DNA of 64,000 nucleotides. Origin: Candidatus Omnitrophota bacterium (GTDB lineage: Bacteria; Omnitrophota; Gorgyraeia; B26-G9). Position numbers and translations under genes: made by a program. Below the pieces are notes generated by a model. It saw only the letters and a program-made list of their open reading frames with translations, searched no databases and had not been told where the DNA came from. The DNA is taken from positions 1,110-65,109 of the forward strand of contig JAZDHG010000031.1 in NCBI GenBank assembly GCA_043806135.1, read 5' to 3'. Each line of letters opens with the position of its first letter. The stretch's first letter is position 1. Positions 49,377 through 59,434 of the stretch are shown here, piece by piece.

Positions 49377-51311
49377 GTGAATATTAACGCTTTTATCCCA
49401 TTCATGTTAGGCTTGTTCACCCTGAGTTCAGGGGCCTATATTTTAATTAAAGTCAAAAGATCGTATCTTAGCCGTCCGTATTTCATCTCTTCACTGGTGA
49501 TATCTTTTTATCTCTTTATGCATTTCGGCCTGGTGCAGTTTGCCGGGAATGACAGGGTATTTTTACCGTGGCTGAAGGTGTGTTTGGGCGCTATAAGTTT
49601 TGTTGCTCCTGCTTTAATAAATCTGCTCTTATCTATGCGCAGGTTAAAAACAGGATTGATCAAAGTGATCTTGTTTATCTCTTGCGTGCTTTCGCTTTTG
49701 GTTTTTTATTTTCTGTTGCATGATTATAAATTGGAGGTAAATACATTTGCCTGGGGCAGTACTCTGAGTGTAAGTAATAGCGCTTATTTTCTCTTCTTTA
49801 TAAATATAGTTTTGTTCCTGCCTTTGGCTGTTACTATCTTTTTGGTGCAAAAGTCATCAATGGATACATCTATACTTGCTAAAAGACAGATCAGTTTTAT
49901 TGTTTTGAGTGTTTGCGTCATCTGCTTTGCATTAGGAATAAACTTTTTAGCAGGCTTCGGACTAAATGTCTATCTTTTCGGCTCCCCATTACTTTGTGCC
50001 GCTTTTATTTTCATGTCTTATTCTATTACGCGTTATAGGTCATTAGAGCTGGACTTGATTGTCAATAAAACAATATTGTCATTAATGTTTATCGGTCCCT
50101 TGCTTGTTTGGCATATTCTGATAAGCGCTTTTTTTCTGGAAATGCTCGGCTATTTGTTCGCAACAACTTTTTCACTGCTCCTGGTGGTTTCCATGGTCCT
50201 TTTTACGCCGTATAAGAAATTAGTAGAAAAATCAGTGGAAAGGCTTATATACCGGGGTAAGTATGACTATCAAAAAGTATTAAGCGAGCTCTGTCAAGGG
50301 CTTAATGCGATACTTGATTTTGATCAGCTGTTTGACCGTATTATTCATATTGTTGTTCAGACTCTTGATGTGGAAGAGATGGCGATTTTTTTAAAAGATG
50401 ATACGGCTAATATATTCTGTTTGAAGGCAAGCTACGGCATTGATCAAGATCTGCACAAAGACTTTACCTTGATTCTGGATGAGGCTATAGTCAAAAGGAT
50501 GAAAAAAGAAGCAAAAATACTGCTCAAAGAGGAACTGCGCCAGTTTGAGGATATTGAAACCGTTGAACAGGAATTCAAAACGATATCAATTTTGAGAGCA
50601 GAGTTGGTCTCGCCCTTGTTTTTTAGAGATCATCTTCTTGGTTTTATTGTTCTCAGCCGAAAAAAAACCGGAAATATTTATAACCAGGGAGATATTGATG
50701 TTCTGAATACATTTGCTCTTGAAGCGGCCAAGGCGATTGAACATGTCAGGCTGTACAGTGAAGCAATCGTCGATAATACTACCAAGGTATTTAATCAGAA
50801 CTATTTTCTTATGCGTTTAAGAGAAGAAATAGCCCGCTCAAAGCGGTATGGACACCCGATATCCTTAATGTTCCTTGATGTGGATACTTCCGGTGAACCG
50901 CAGTTTAAAGTTGATCCCCAGATGCAGGAATTATTGCTTAAGGGATTGGGATTGCTTTTAAAAACTAAGGTGAGGAACGTTGATATCCTGGCCCTTTATA
51001 AAAAACAGCAATTTGCGATTATTCTGCCGGAAACGGCCCAGTCTAAAAAAGGTAATGAGAAAGAAAAATTAAATCAGCATTATAAGGATACAATGCTTGT
51101 GGCGGAGCGTTTATGTAAAAGCGTTGAGGATTTTAAAAATGAATATAAAGGGAAGACGATAAACGTGAATTTTAATATGGGTGCGGCTTGTTTTGACGGT
51201 GCTAATAAGCTGCTTACAGAAGAGACGTTTATAAATTACGCTCAAAAGGCGCTGGCAAGTTCGAGAGAAGAAGGAACTAATAGAATAGTTTGTTTTAGTG
51301 AGGAGAAATGA
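49377..51311 (+). CDS. Multi-TM sensor + GAF + degenerate GGDEF domain protein
   Basis: About 9 TMs, GAF domain, LREEIARSKRYGHPISLMFLDVD; KKQQF in place of GGEEF. Confidence 0.8.
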   Translation: MNINAFIPFMLGLFTLSSGAYILIKVKRSYLSRPYFISSLVISFYLFMHFGLVQFAGNDRVFLPWLKVCLGAISFVAPALINLLLSMRRLKTGLIKVILFISCVLSLLVFYFLLHDYKLEVNTFAWGSTLSVSNSAYFLFFINIVLFLPLAVTIFLVQKSSMDTSILAKRQISFIVLSVCVICFALGINFLAGFGLNVYLFGSPLLCAAFIFMSYSITRYRSLELDLIVNKTILSLMFIGPLLVWHILISAFFLEMLGYLFATTFSLLLVVSMVLFTPYKKLVEKSVERLIYRGKYDYQKVLSELCQGLNAILDFDQLFDRIIHIVVQTLDVEEMAIFLKDDTANIFCLKASYGIDQDLHKDFTLILDEAIVKRMKKEAKILLKEELRQFEDIETVEQEFKTISILRAELVSPLFFRDHLLGFIVLSRKKTGNIYNQGDIDVLNTFALEAAKAIEHVRLYSEAIVDNTTKVFNQNYFLMRLREEIARSKRYGHPISLMFLDVDTSGEPQFKVDPQMQELLLKGLGLLLKTKVRNVDILALYKKQQFAIILPETAQSKKGNEKEKLNQHYKDTMLVAERLCKSVEDFKNEYKGKTINVNFNMGAACFDGANKLLTEETFINYAQKALASSREEGTNRIVCFSEEK

Positions 51312-52162
51312 GCAATATTAAAGTTTTAATATTAAGGACTGCGGGAACTAACTGTGACCAGGAAACCAAAGTGGCTTTTGAACTGCTTAAGGCGCGAGTG
51401 AAAATGGTCCATGTAAATGAGCTCATTAAAGGCAGAGATAGGATCTGTAATTATCAAATAGTTGCAATTCCTGGCGGGTTTACTTACGGGGATGATATTG
51501 CCGCCGGAAGGATACTTGCCAATGAGCTGAAAATGAAACTGAAGGAAGAACTGGAACTTTTTCTTAATAAGAACGGAATGATGATAGGTATCTGCAACGG
51601 TTTTCAGGTTCTGGTCAAAACGGGAATATTGCCCGGAAACAGAGACTGGCGGCAAAAAGTTACGCTTACCTCTAATGATTCTGGTAAATTTGAAGACAGG
51701 TGGGTGTATCTTAAAAAACCAGTAACCAGACCCCTCGAAAATTTACCTTTGGTAAATATTCGAGCTGGAGTCCCCGCAAGGGGAAGACCAAAAATAAAAG
51801 ATATATGCGTTTGGACAAAAGGAATGGATGAAATTATTTATCTTCCGGTTGCTCACGGTGAAGGTAAATTTGTCCCGGAATCAAAGGAAATTTTAGAACA
51901 GATAAAAAATGAGGGGCAGGTAGTCTTTGAATATTGCAATAAGAAAGGTAAAATGCCGTTCTACCCGGATAATCCTAATGGGTCTGCTGAACATATCGCA
52001 GGCATTTGCGACAAAACAGGCAGGATATTCGGGCTGATGCCTCACCCGGAGCGCTGTGTTTTTAAAACCCAGCATCCGCGCTGGACAAGAGAAAAGTTCA
52101 GCGGAATTCCTGACGGATTAAAGATATTTAAAAACGCCATGGAGTTTTTAGAAAAAGCATGA
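51308..52162 (+). CDS. purQ: FGAM synthase glutaminase subunit
   Basis: GTNCD, PGGFTYGD, GICNGFQ, AHGEG, NPNGS, MPHPER. Confidence 0.97.
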   Translation: MSNIKVLILRTAGTNCDQETKVAFELLKARVKMVHVNELIKGRDRICNYQIVAIPGGFTYGDDIAAGRILANELKMKLKEELELFLNKNGMMIGICNGFQVLVKTGILPGNRDWRQKVTLTSNDSGKFEDRWVYLKKPVTRPLENLPLVNIRAGVPARGRPKIKDICVWTKGMDEIIYLPVAHGEGKFVPESKEILEQIKNEGQVVFEYCNKKGKMPFYPDNPNGSAEHIAGICDKTGRIFGLMPHPERCVFKTQHPRWTREKFSGIPDGLKIFKNAMEFLEKA

Positions 52163-52260
52163 AAACAGTAATAAGGGTTAAGCTGTAAGGATTCAGATTT
52201 TTATGGTTTTTTTATATTTTTAGCTTAGCACTTATCACTTATAACTATTATGGAGGAAAG

Positions 52261-53277
52261 ATGCCAAGAGGATTAACTTATAAAAAAGCCGGAGTAGATA
52301 TCGAGGAGGCAAACAAGTTTGTTAAGGATATCCAGAGCCTTGTAAAAAAAACAAAAAGACCGGAAGTACTTAATAATATCGGCGGTTTCGGCGGTTGTTT
52401 TGAACTGAAAAAGGCTCAGTATAAAAACCCTGTGCTTGTTTCCAGTACCGACGGAGTTGGGACAAAGATCAAGGTGGCTATGCTTGCAGGCAGGCATGAC
52501 ACCGTGGGTATTGATCTTGTGGCCATGAATGTTAACGATATTCTAGCCATGGGAGCGCAGCCTTTATTTTTCCTCGACTATATTGCTACGGGAAAGTTAA
52601 ATAGAAAAAAAATGGTGGATATTGTGCGTGGTGTTTCCCGGGGATGTTCTGATGCCGGGTGTGCTCTTATCGGGGGAGAAACCGCGGAAATGCCGGCGAT
52701 TTATAAAAAAAATGAATATGATCTGGCTGGATTTTGCGTAGGCGTTGTAGAGAAGAACAAGATTATTACTGGTTCTGGAATTAGATCCCAAGATGTGCTG
52801 CTGGGGCTGGCTTCAAGCGGACTGCATTCAAACGGGTTTTCTCTGGTGCATAAGGTTTTCACGAACAGTGAGATAAAAAGAAAAGCAAAAGAGCTGCTGG
52901 TCCCGACCAAGATTTATGTCAAGGAAGTACTATCGATCTTAAAGCACTTTGATGTACGCGGTATTGCGCATATTACGGGAGGCGCATTTTATGAAAAACT
53001 AATGAAAATTTTCCCTAAAGGCTCATCTGTTGTTATTAAAAAGGGGAGCTGGCCGGTGCCGGCAATATTTAAAACTATCCAAAAAAAAGCAGAAATAAAA
53101 GAAGCGGAAATGTACCGTACTTTCAATATGGGTATCGGGATGGTGCTTGTAACCAGCCAAGACCAGGCCAAGAAGATTCAGATCCATTTGCGCCGTTTTA
53201 AACTTAAGTCCTGGATTATCGGGCAGGTTTCCATATCTCGAGGCCGCTCAGGTATTAAATTTACAGGAGAAGATTAA
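52261..53277 (+). CDS. purM: AIR synthase
   Basis: YKKAGVD, DGVGTK, GGETAEMP, SSGLHSNG, HITGG. Confidence 0.98.
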   Translation: MPRGLTYKKAGVDIEEANKFVKDIQSLVKKTKRPEVLNNIGGFGGCFELKKAQYKNPVLVSSTDGVGTKIKVAMLAGRHDTVGIDLVAMNVNDILAMGAQPLFFLDYIATGKLNRKKMVDIVRGVSRGCSDAGCALIGGETAEMPAIYKKNEYDLAGFCVGVVEKNKIITGSGIRSQDVLLGLASSGLHSNGFSLVHKVFTNSEIKRKAKELLVPTKIYVKEVLSILKHFDVRGIAHITGGAFYEKLMKIFPKGSSVVIKKGSWPVPAIFKTIQKKAEIKEAEMYRTFNMGIGMVLVTSQDQAKKIQIHLRRFKLKSWIIGQVSISRGRSGIKFTGED

Positions 53278-53278
53278 T

Positions 53279-54562
53279 ATGAAAGTTCTGGTCATAGGCT
53301 CAGGAGGACGCGAACATGCACTTGTCTGGAAAATCGCACAGTCTCCTTTGGTAGAGAAAATTTATTGTGCCCCGGGTAATGGAGGCATTGAAGATATTGC
53401 CGAGTGCCTTGATATAGCTGCAGATGATATTAACGCTTTGCTTAATTTTGCCATTCGGGGAAAAATTGACATTACTGTTGTCGGTCCGGAAGCCCCGCTT
53501 GCTGCGGGCATTGTTGACCTGTTTGAAAATAAGGGTTTGAAAATATTCGGTCCAAGTAAACTTGCCAGCCGGTTGGAATCAAGTAAGGTATTTGCAAAGA
53601 ATATAATGAAAAAATATAATATTCCTACCGCGGGTTTTGAAGAATTTACAAATTACGAAGATGCTCTTAGCTTTGTAAAAGATGTCAAGAGACCTTTAGT
53701 GATAAAAGCAGACGGCCTATGTGCCGGTAAGGGAGTTTTTGTCTGTGCAACGATAGAGGAACAGGAGCAGGCCATAAACTCTATATTAAAAGATAAGACT
53801 TTTGGCGATTCCGGCGGCAGGATAATTATTGAAGAATGTCTTGTCGGTCAGGAGGCTTCTATCATTGTTATTAGTGACGGCGATAATGTAATAACCATGG
53901 CCTCTTCTCAAGATCATAAGCGCATATTTGACGAAGATTTGGGGCCTAATACCGGAGGTATGGGGGCTTATTCCCCTGCGCCTGTAGTTACGAAAGAAGT
54001 TTTAAAATTCATAAAGGAAAGAATAATAATGCCGACAATAAAGGGGATGAAATCTGAGGGTACTCCTTTCAGCGGGGTTTTATATGCAGGCGTTATGATA
54101 ACCGAAAATGGACCTAAGGTCCTTGAATTTAATGTGCGTTTCGGTGATCCGGAAACACAGGCAATCCTGCCCAGGCTAAAAAGTGATCTGCTGGAATTGA
54201 TCTTAAAATCCGTTGATAAGAAATTAGGAAGACATACTCTGGATTGGGACACAAAAAACTGTGTTTGCGTTGTTGTCGCCTCAAGGGGCTATCCTGGAAA
54301 ATATGAAAAAGGAAAACTTATCAAAGGCTTAAGTGATGTTAATTTCCCTAAGGAGGGAATTGTGTTTCATGCCGGGACAAAAAAGCAGAATGGTAAAATT
54401 TTAACCAGCGGAGGAAGGGTGCTTGGGGTAACCTCAATGGGAAATGATATAAAATCAGCGATTGATAACACCTATGCGGTACTCGATAAGATAAGCTTTG
54501 AGGGCATGTTTTTCCGCAGGGATATCGGACAAAAAGCACTGAAAAAAGTTTTTTCTAACTAA
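53279..54562 (+). CDS. purD: Phosphoribosylamine-glycine ligase
   Basis: GSGGREHAL, KADGLCAGKGV, QDHKR, NTGGMG, EFNVRFGDPE. Confidence 0.98.
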   Translation: MKVLVIGSGGREHALVWKIAQSPLVEKIYCAPGNGGIEDIAECLDIAADDINALLNFAIRGKIDITVVGPEAPLAAGIVDLFENKGLKIFGPSKLASRLESSKVFAKNIMKKYNIPTAGFEEFTNYEDALSFVKDVKRPLVIKADGLCAGKGVFVCATIEEQEQAINSILKDKTFGDSGGRIIIEECLVGQEASIIVISDGDNVITMASSQDHKRIFDEDLGPNTGGMGAYSPAPVVTKEVLKFIKERIIMPTIKGMKSEGTPFSGVLYAGVMITENGPKVLEFNVRFGDPETQAILPRLKSDLLELILKSVDKKLGRHTLDWDTKNCVCVVVASRGYPGKYEKGKLIKGLSDVNFPKEGIVFHAGTKKQNGKILTSGGRVLGVTSMGNDIKSAIDNTYAVLDKISFEGMFFRRDIGQKALKKVFSN

Positions 54563-54584
54563 TAGTATATCAGTGTAAGCTGGT

Positions 54585-54635
54585 TTTTAATCGGTGAAAT
54601 CAGGTTCTTTTATTCCATTTAAACAAGAAAGAACC
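54585..54635 (+). repeat. Copy of the 'aatcaggttctt...taaacaagaaagaacc' hairpin repeat
   Basis: Matches 44944-44994. Confidence 0.8.
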
Positions 54636-54662
54636 TTAAAGTTAAGGAGGATATCAGAAATT

Positions 54663-55151
54663 ATGGTAAAGAATATAAAAGTTGCAATAATGATGGGAAG
54701 TAAATTCGATCTGGATACAGTGCAGGAAACAATAAATGTGTTAAAAGAGCTCAATGTGTCTCATGAAGTAAAGGTTCTTTCTGCGCACCGCACGCCGAAG
54801 GATGTTGTTGTCTATGTAGAAGGGCTTTCGAAAAGGGGAACACAGGTTGTAATCGCTGCAGCCGGCATGGCGGCTGCTTTGGCCGGGACTGTTGCTGCAC
54901 ATACTGTTTTGCCGGTTATCGGTATCCCTATAGAAACAAGCACGCTTAAAGGGCTTGACAGCCTGCTTTCCACCGTTCAAATGCCAAAAGGAATTCCTGT
55001 TGCCTGTATGGCTATCGGAAAGCATGGGGCGCAGAATGCGGCGATCCTTGCCTGTCAGATCCTGGCATTGCAGGATGATAAGCTGCGTAAAAAAATGCTT
55101 AAGTTTAAGGAGAAAATGGCAAAGGCCATAAGAAAAATAAAGATCAGTTAA
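54663..55151 (+). CDS. purE: N5-CAIR mutase / AIR carboxylase
   Basis: MMGS, SAHRTP, PVIGIP, VQMPKGIPVA; ATG after AAGGAGG. Confidence 0.96.
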   Translation: MVKNIKVAIMMGSKFDLDTVQETINVLKELNVSHEVKVLSAHRTPKDVVVYVEGLSKRGTQVVIAAAGMAAALAGTVAAHTVLPVIGIPIETSTLKGLDSLLSTVQMPKGIPVACMAIGKHGAQNAAILACQILALQDDKLRKKMLKFKEKMAKAIRKIKIS

Positions 55152-55153
55152 AC

Positions 55154-56209
55154 ATGAAAGATACAAAGATATTCAAGATAAACTCTGAAAATCCCGACAT
55201 AGATAAGATAAAAGAGGCGGCATTAATATTAAAAACAGGCGGGCTGGTGGCTTTTCCGACAGAAACAGTTTATGGATTGGCTGCTTTGCCTTATGATATA
55301 GCTGTGGAAAAACTGCGTTATATAAAAAATAGATATGAAGTGAAGCAATTTTCCTTTTGTATCCACAGCATTGAACAGGCCGAACATCTTGCAGGGTATA
55401 TCTCACCCTTTGCCTATAAGCTTATGAATAAATTCTGGCCGGGACCGCTGACATTGGTATTGGATAACCGGCAGGGAGAAACTGTGGGATTGAGAATCCC
55501 GGATCATCCGGTAGCACTGCTATTTTTAAAAGAAATCGGCGAGCCTGTTTTTGCTCCGTCTGCCAATTTTGCCGGGGAAAAAGCCCCGGTTAATGCTCAG
55601 GAGGTATTAAAGGCTTTAGATAAAAAAATTGATGCTTTGATTGATTCAGGAGAGTCAAAGGTTAAGGTCTCTTCTACGGTATGTAAGGTTACTGATGATA
55701 GTTTTGAGATACTCAGGCCGGGGGCGATAACTAAGGCCATGATCGAGCAGGTTTTAAAAATGAAAGAAGTGCTTTTTGTCTGTACGGGAAACAGCTGCCG
55801 CAGCGCAATGGCTGAGGGACTGATGAAAAAAATAGTTAAAGGCTCTGTAAATATCCATATCAGCTCAGCCGGGGTGGCCGCATATGAGGGAATGCCGGCC
55901 TCACAGGAAGCTATTCTTGTTATGCAAAAATTAGGCGTAGATATATCCGAGCATAAAGCAAGGAGAGTAACTGATGAGATGCTGAAGCAGGCGGATTTTA
56001 TCCTGGTTATGGAGCAGGGGCATACACAGTATATCTTGAAGCAACGAAGCGAATTAAGCAAAAGGGTTTTTCTTTTAAAAGAGTTCTCTGTAGATCAGTC
56101 CGGAGGGCTGTCGATCGGGGATCCGATAGGCATGAGTATTGGTTTTTATGAAAAGGTGGCTGATGAATTGCAGAAATCAATAGAAGGGCTGGTGGCAAAA
56201 ATAAAATGA
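55154..56209 (+). CDS. TsaC/Sua5 threonylcarbamoyl-AMP synthase fused to a low-molecular-weight phosphatase
   Basis: FPTETVYGL, WPGPLT, SAN, R.G; then FVCTGNSCRS and DP. Confidence 0.9.
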   Translation: MKDTKIFKINSENPDIDKIKEAALILKTGGLVAFPTETVYGLAALPYDIAVEKLRYIKNRYEVKQFSFCIHSIEQAEHLAGYISPFAYKLMNKFWPGPLTLVLDNRQGETVGLRIPDHPVALLFLKEIGEPVFAPSANFAGEKAPVNAQEVLKALDKKIDALIDSGESKVKVSSTVCKVTDDSFEILRPGAITKAMIEQVLKMKEVLFVCTGNSCRSAMAEGLMKKIVKGSVNIHISSAGVAAYEGMPASQEAILVMQKLGVDISEHKARRVTDEMLKQADFILVMEQGHTQYILKQRSELSKRVFLLKEFSVDQSGGLSIGDPIGMSIGFYEKVADELQKSIEGLVAKIK

Positions 56210-56634
56210 AAATAGCTATGGGAAGTGATCATAGAGGGATTGACCTTAAAAAGTCTTTGATTTTATATCTTCAAAAAAACGGACATCAGGTTGAAGATTT
56301 CGGCGCCTATAGCACGGAATCCTGTGACTATCCTCAAATCGCTTTAAAAGTCGCTCGCGCGGTAGCGAAAAAAAAAGTGGAAAGGGGAATACTTATCTGC
56401 GGCAGCGGGCTGGGTATGACCATGGCCGCCGGCACGGTAAGAGGAGTAAGAGCGGCAAACTGCCTTAACCTTTCACTCGCTCGGTTTTCGCGTGAACATA
56501 ATGATGCGAATGTTTTGGTTATCGGGGCAATGTATGTGGGAGGAAATTTGGCTAAAAGGATAGCAGGCAAATGGTTGAAAACCTCTTTTTTAGGCGGCAG
56601 ACATGAACGCCGAGTAAAAATGTTTTCTAAGTGA
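56206..56634 (+). CDS. rpiB: Ribose-5-phosphate isomerase B
   Basis: GSDHRG, CDYP, CGSGLG, HNDANVL, GGRHERR. Confidence 0.95.
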   Translation: MKIAMGSDHRGIDLKKSLILYLQKNGHQVEDFGAYSTESCDYPQIALKVARAVAKKKVERGILICGSGLGMTMAAGTVRGVRAANCLNLSLARFSREHNDANVLVIGAMYVGGNLAKRIAGKWLKTSFLGGRHERRVKMFSK

Positions 56635-56636
56635 GA

Positions 56637-56865
56637 TTACAACTTACGGAACGAAGTGAACGTAAGTTGTAAAATCGAACTTATCCCGAACCTGATGAGT
56701 AAAAATTTAGTATAAATTTTTGCGAAAGTTTTAGAGGTTCGGGGAAAGTGAATATAAAGTTATAATACGGAACGAAGTGAACGTAAGTTGTAAAATCGAA
56801 CTTATCCCGAACCTATGAGTAAAAAATAAAAAAATTTTTACGAAAGTATTAAAAGGGCGGGAATA
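56637..56865 (+). repeat. Tandem duplication (about 121 bp period) of a structured intergenic element
   Basis: tacggaacgaagtgaacgtaagttgtaaaatcgaacttatcccgaacct(g)atgagtaaaaa at 56645 and 56766. Confidence 0.9.
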
Positions 56866-56963
56866 ACGGAGCAGGAAATCTTGTAATAAATTTGGATATG
56901 GCCTAAAGGCCTATAATTTATGCCGGGCATAAATTATCTACTCATTGAGGAGGAAAATAATAA

Positions 56964-58202
56964 ATGAGTGAGTTAAAAAAAACTGATATTGCAATATATA
57001 ACGCGATTAAAAAAGAATTAAAAAGACAGAGAGAGCATATAGAATTAATTGCCAGTGAGAATTTTACCTCACGCGCGGTTATGGAAGCGCAGAGTTCTGT
57101 TCTTACCAATAAATATGCCGAAGGATATCCGGGAGCCCGCTGGTACGGAGGCTGTGAACATGTTGACGTTGCCGAACAATTGGCGATCGATAGGGCAAAG
57201 GAGATATTTCAGGCCGAGCACGCAAATGTTCAGCCGCATTCAGGAGCTCAGGCGAATATGGCCGTGTTTATGAGCTGTCTTAAAGCAGGGGATAAAGTGC
57301 TTGCCTTGGATCTTGCCTGCGGAGGACATCTGTCGCATGGCCATCCTAAAAATTTTTCCGGTTTATTTTATGACGTAAAATTTTACCAGGTTAATCGCCG
57401 GACTGAACAGCTTGATTATGATGAAATTTCCTCTTTAGCAAAGAAACACAAACCCCGGCTTATTCTTGCCGGCGCTTCTGCGTATCCGAGATTTATCGAT
57501 TTTAAAAAATTCCGTAAAATTTGCGATAGCGTCGGAGCATATCTGATGGTCGATATGGCGCACATTGCCGGGCTTGTTGCCGCAGGCGTGCATCCCTCTC
57601 CTGTGCCTTATGCTGAGTTTGTAACGACCACAACGCACAAAACACTGCGCGGACCAAGAGGAGGCTTGATACTTTGCCGCAAGGAATTTGCCAAGAGTAT
57701 TGATTTAAATGTTTTTCCGGGTACTCAAGGCGGACCGCTTATGCATGTTATTGCTGCTAAGGCGGTGGCTTTGAAAGAAGCTTTAATGCCTGGTTTCAAA
57801 AAGTACCAGATACAAGTAGCTTCGAACGCAAAAGAACTGGCTGGTGCATTAAAGAAAAGAGGATTCCGTATTGTCGCCGGTGGCACGGATACGCATTTAA
57901 TGCTTGTCGACTTAACAAACAGAGATATCACAGGAAAAGAAGCGCAAATAGCTTTAGGTGAAGTGAATGTTACGATCAATAAAAATCTTATTCCTTTTGA
58001 TAAAAAATCGCCGTTTTTGACCAGCGGTATAAGATTGGGAACTCCGGCTGTGACTACAAGAGGAATGAAGGAAAAACAAATGCATGTTATTGCTGACATT
58101 ATTGATCAAATTCTACAAAAAGATCAGACTATTACAAAGGAAAAACAGCGTGAAATGAAAAGCCACGTGCGGCTTTTAACGCAAAAGTTTCCCTTATATT
58201 GA
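56964..58202 (+). CDS. glyA: Serine hydroxymethyltransferase
   Basis: [34 protein letters not shown]. Confidence 0.98.
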   Translation: MSELKKTDIAIYNAIKKELKRQREHIELIASENFTSRAVMEAQSSVLTNKYAEGYPGARWYGGCEHVDVAEQLAIDRAKEIFQAEHANVQPHSGAQANMAVFMSCLKAGDKVLALDLACGGHLSHGHPKNFSGLFYDVKFYQVNRRTEQLDYDEISSLAKKHKPRLILAGASAYPRFIDFKKFRKICDSVGAYLMVDMAHIAGLVAAGVHPSPVPYAEFVTTTTHKTLRGPRGGLILCRKEFAKSIDLNVFPGTQGGPLMHVIAAKAVALKEALMPGFKKYQIQVASNAKELAGALKKRGFRIVAGGTDTHLMLVDLTNRDITGKEAQIALGEVNVTINKNLIPFDKKSPFLTSGIRLGTPAVTTRGMKEKQMHVIADIIDQILQKDQTITKEKQREMKSHVRLLTQKFPLY

Positions 58203-58320
58203 AAAACAGTTACTAAGGGTTACTAAAAAGTTAATAAAGGTTATAATGATTAAAGGTTTTTTAGTTTTGGAGTAACTGATAGTAACTGTTTGTAACCAAT
58301 GGTAACAGGATTAAAATATT

Positions 58321-58797
58321 ATGAGCGAAAAAATTCTAAATAAAAAAATTAAACGGCCAAGCTGGGATAAATATTTTTTAAGCATAGCTGAATTAGTTGC
58401 GGAACGTTCAACTTGTTTGCGCAGACAGGTAGGGGCGGTAATTGTAAAGGATAAAAGGATTTTGACTACCGGATATAATGGAGCTCCCTCTGGTTTGGAT
58501 CACTGTGATAAAACCGGGTGTCTGCGTGAGAAGATGAATGTCCCTTCAGGACAAAGGCATGAACTTTGCCGGGCACTGCATGCGGAAATGAATGCAATAC
58601 TTCAGGCAGCACAATATGGGATAAGCTTGGGTGGAAGTATAATTTACTGTACTAACCAGCCTTGTATTATCTGCGCAAAAATGATCATAAATGCCGGGAT
58701 AAAGCGGATTGTTGTCCTTTCCAGCTATCCGGATGAATTTGCCAGGCAGTTTTTAAAAGAAGCTGATATAGAGGTAGTTGTAGCCGAAAACAAATGA
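58321..58797 (+). CDS. dCMP deaminase (ComEB-like)
   Basis: RPSWD, RSTC, TGYNG, HAE, PCIIC. Confidence 0.92.
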   Translation: MSEKILNKKIKRPSWDKYFLSIAELVAERSTCLRRQVGAVIVKDKRILTTGYNGAPSGLDHCDKTGCLREKMNVPSGQRHELCRALHAEMNAILQAAQYGISLGGSIIYCTNQPCIICAKMIINAGIKRIVVLSSYPDEFARQFLKEADIEVVVAENK

Positions 58798-58877
58798 TAT
58801 ATTAAGCTTTTGGGTGAATCAAAGAGAAAAGCTGTCAATAAATCAGAAATAATCCTATTTTTAACTAAAATTAATCA

Positions 58878-58932
58878 TTGACATTACACTATATATAGTA
58901 TATTATCATTTTACAGATACAACATAGTGTGC
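58878..58932 (+). promoter_or_regulatory. Sigma70 promoter overlapped by tandem NrdR boxes
   Basis: TTGACA(58878)-17 bp-TATTAT(58901); boxes ACACTATATATAGTAT (58886) and ATACAACATAGTGTGC (58917), 31 bp apart. Confidence 0.85.
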
Positions 58933-58969
58933 ATCTATTGAGTTTAAACTAATCAGGGGTAAAACGTAT

Positions 58970-59431
58970 ATGAAATGTCCTTTTTGTGCTAATATCGAAG
59001 ATAAAGTAGTAGATTCAAGAATTTCCTCAGAAGGAGATACCATCCGCAGACGCCGCGAGTGTTTGAAATGCCAGCGCAGATTTACTACATATGAGTATAT
59101 TGAAAAAACAACGCTGATGATTATTAAAAAAGACGGACGCCGCGAACCGTTTGACCGAAATAAAATTCTATCTGGTTTTTTGCGGGCATGTGAAAAACGT
59201 CCGGTTAGCATGGAGACAATAGAAGAGGTTGTTGATTCTATTGAAAGATCATTGCAGAAAAATTATGACAAGGAGGTGGTAAGTTCAGATATAGGAGAAC
59301 TTGTTATGAATCGCTTGCACGGTATTGATGAGGTTGCTTATGTAAGATTCGCTTCTGTTTACCGGCAATTCAAAGATATAAATCAGTTTTTAGGAGAGTT
59401 AAAGGATTTGTTGAATAAGAGGAGGGAATAG
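58970..59431 (+). CDS. nrdR: Transcriptional repressor NrdR
   Basis: MKCPFC, VVDSR, RRRREC, RFTTYE, ATP cone, AYVRFASVY. Confidence 0.98.
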   Translation: MKCPFCANIEDKVVDSRISSEGDTIRRRRECLKCQRRFTTYEYIEKTTLMIIKKDGRREPFDRNKILSGFLRACEKRPVSMETIEEVVDSIERSLQKNYDKEVVSSDIGELVMNRLHGIDEVAYVRFASVYRQFKDINQFLGELKDLLNKRRE

Positions 59432-59434
59432 GAG

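Noticed and set aside
56637-56865. CRISPR array
   Set aside because: Only two long units, the inter-repeat regions resemble each other, and no cas genes are present.
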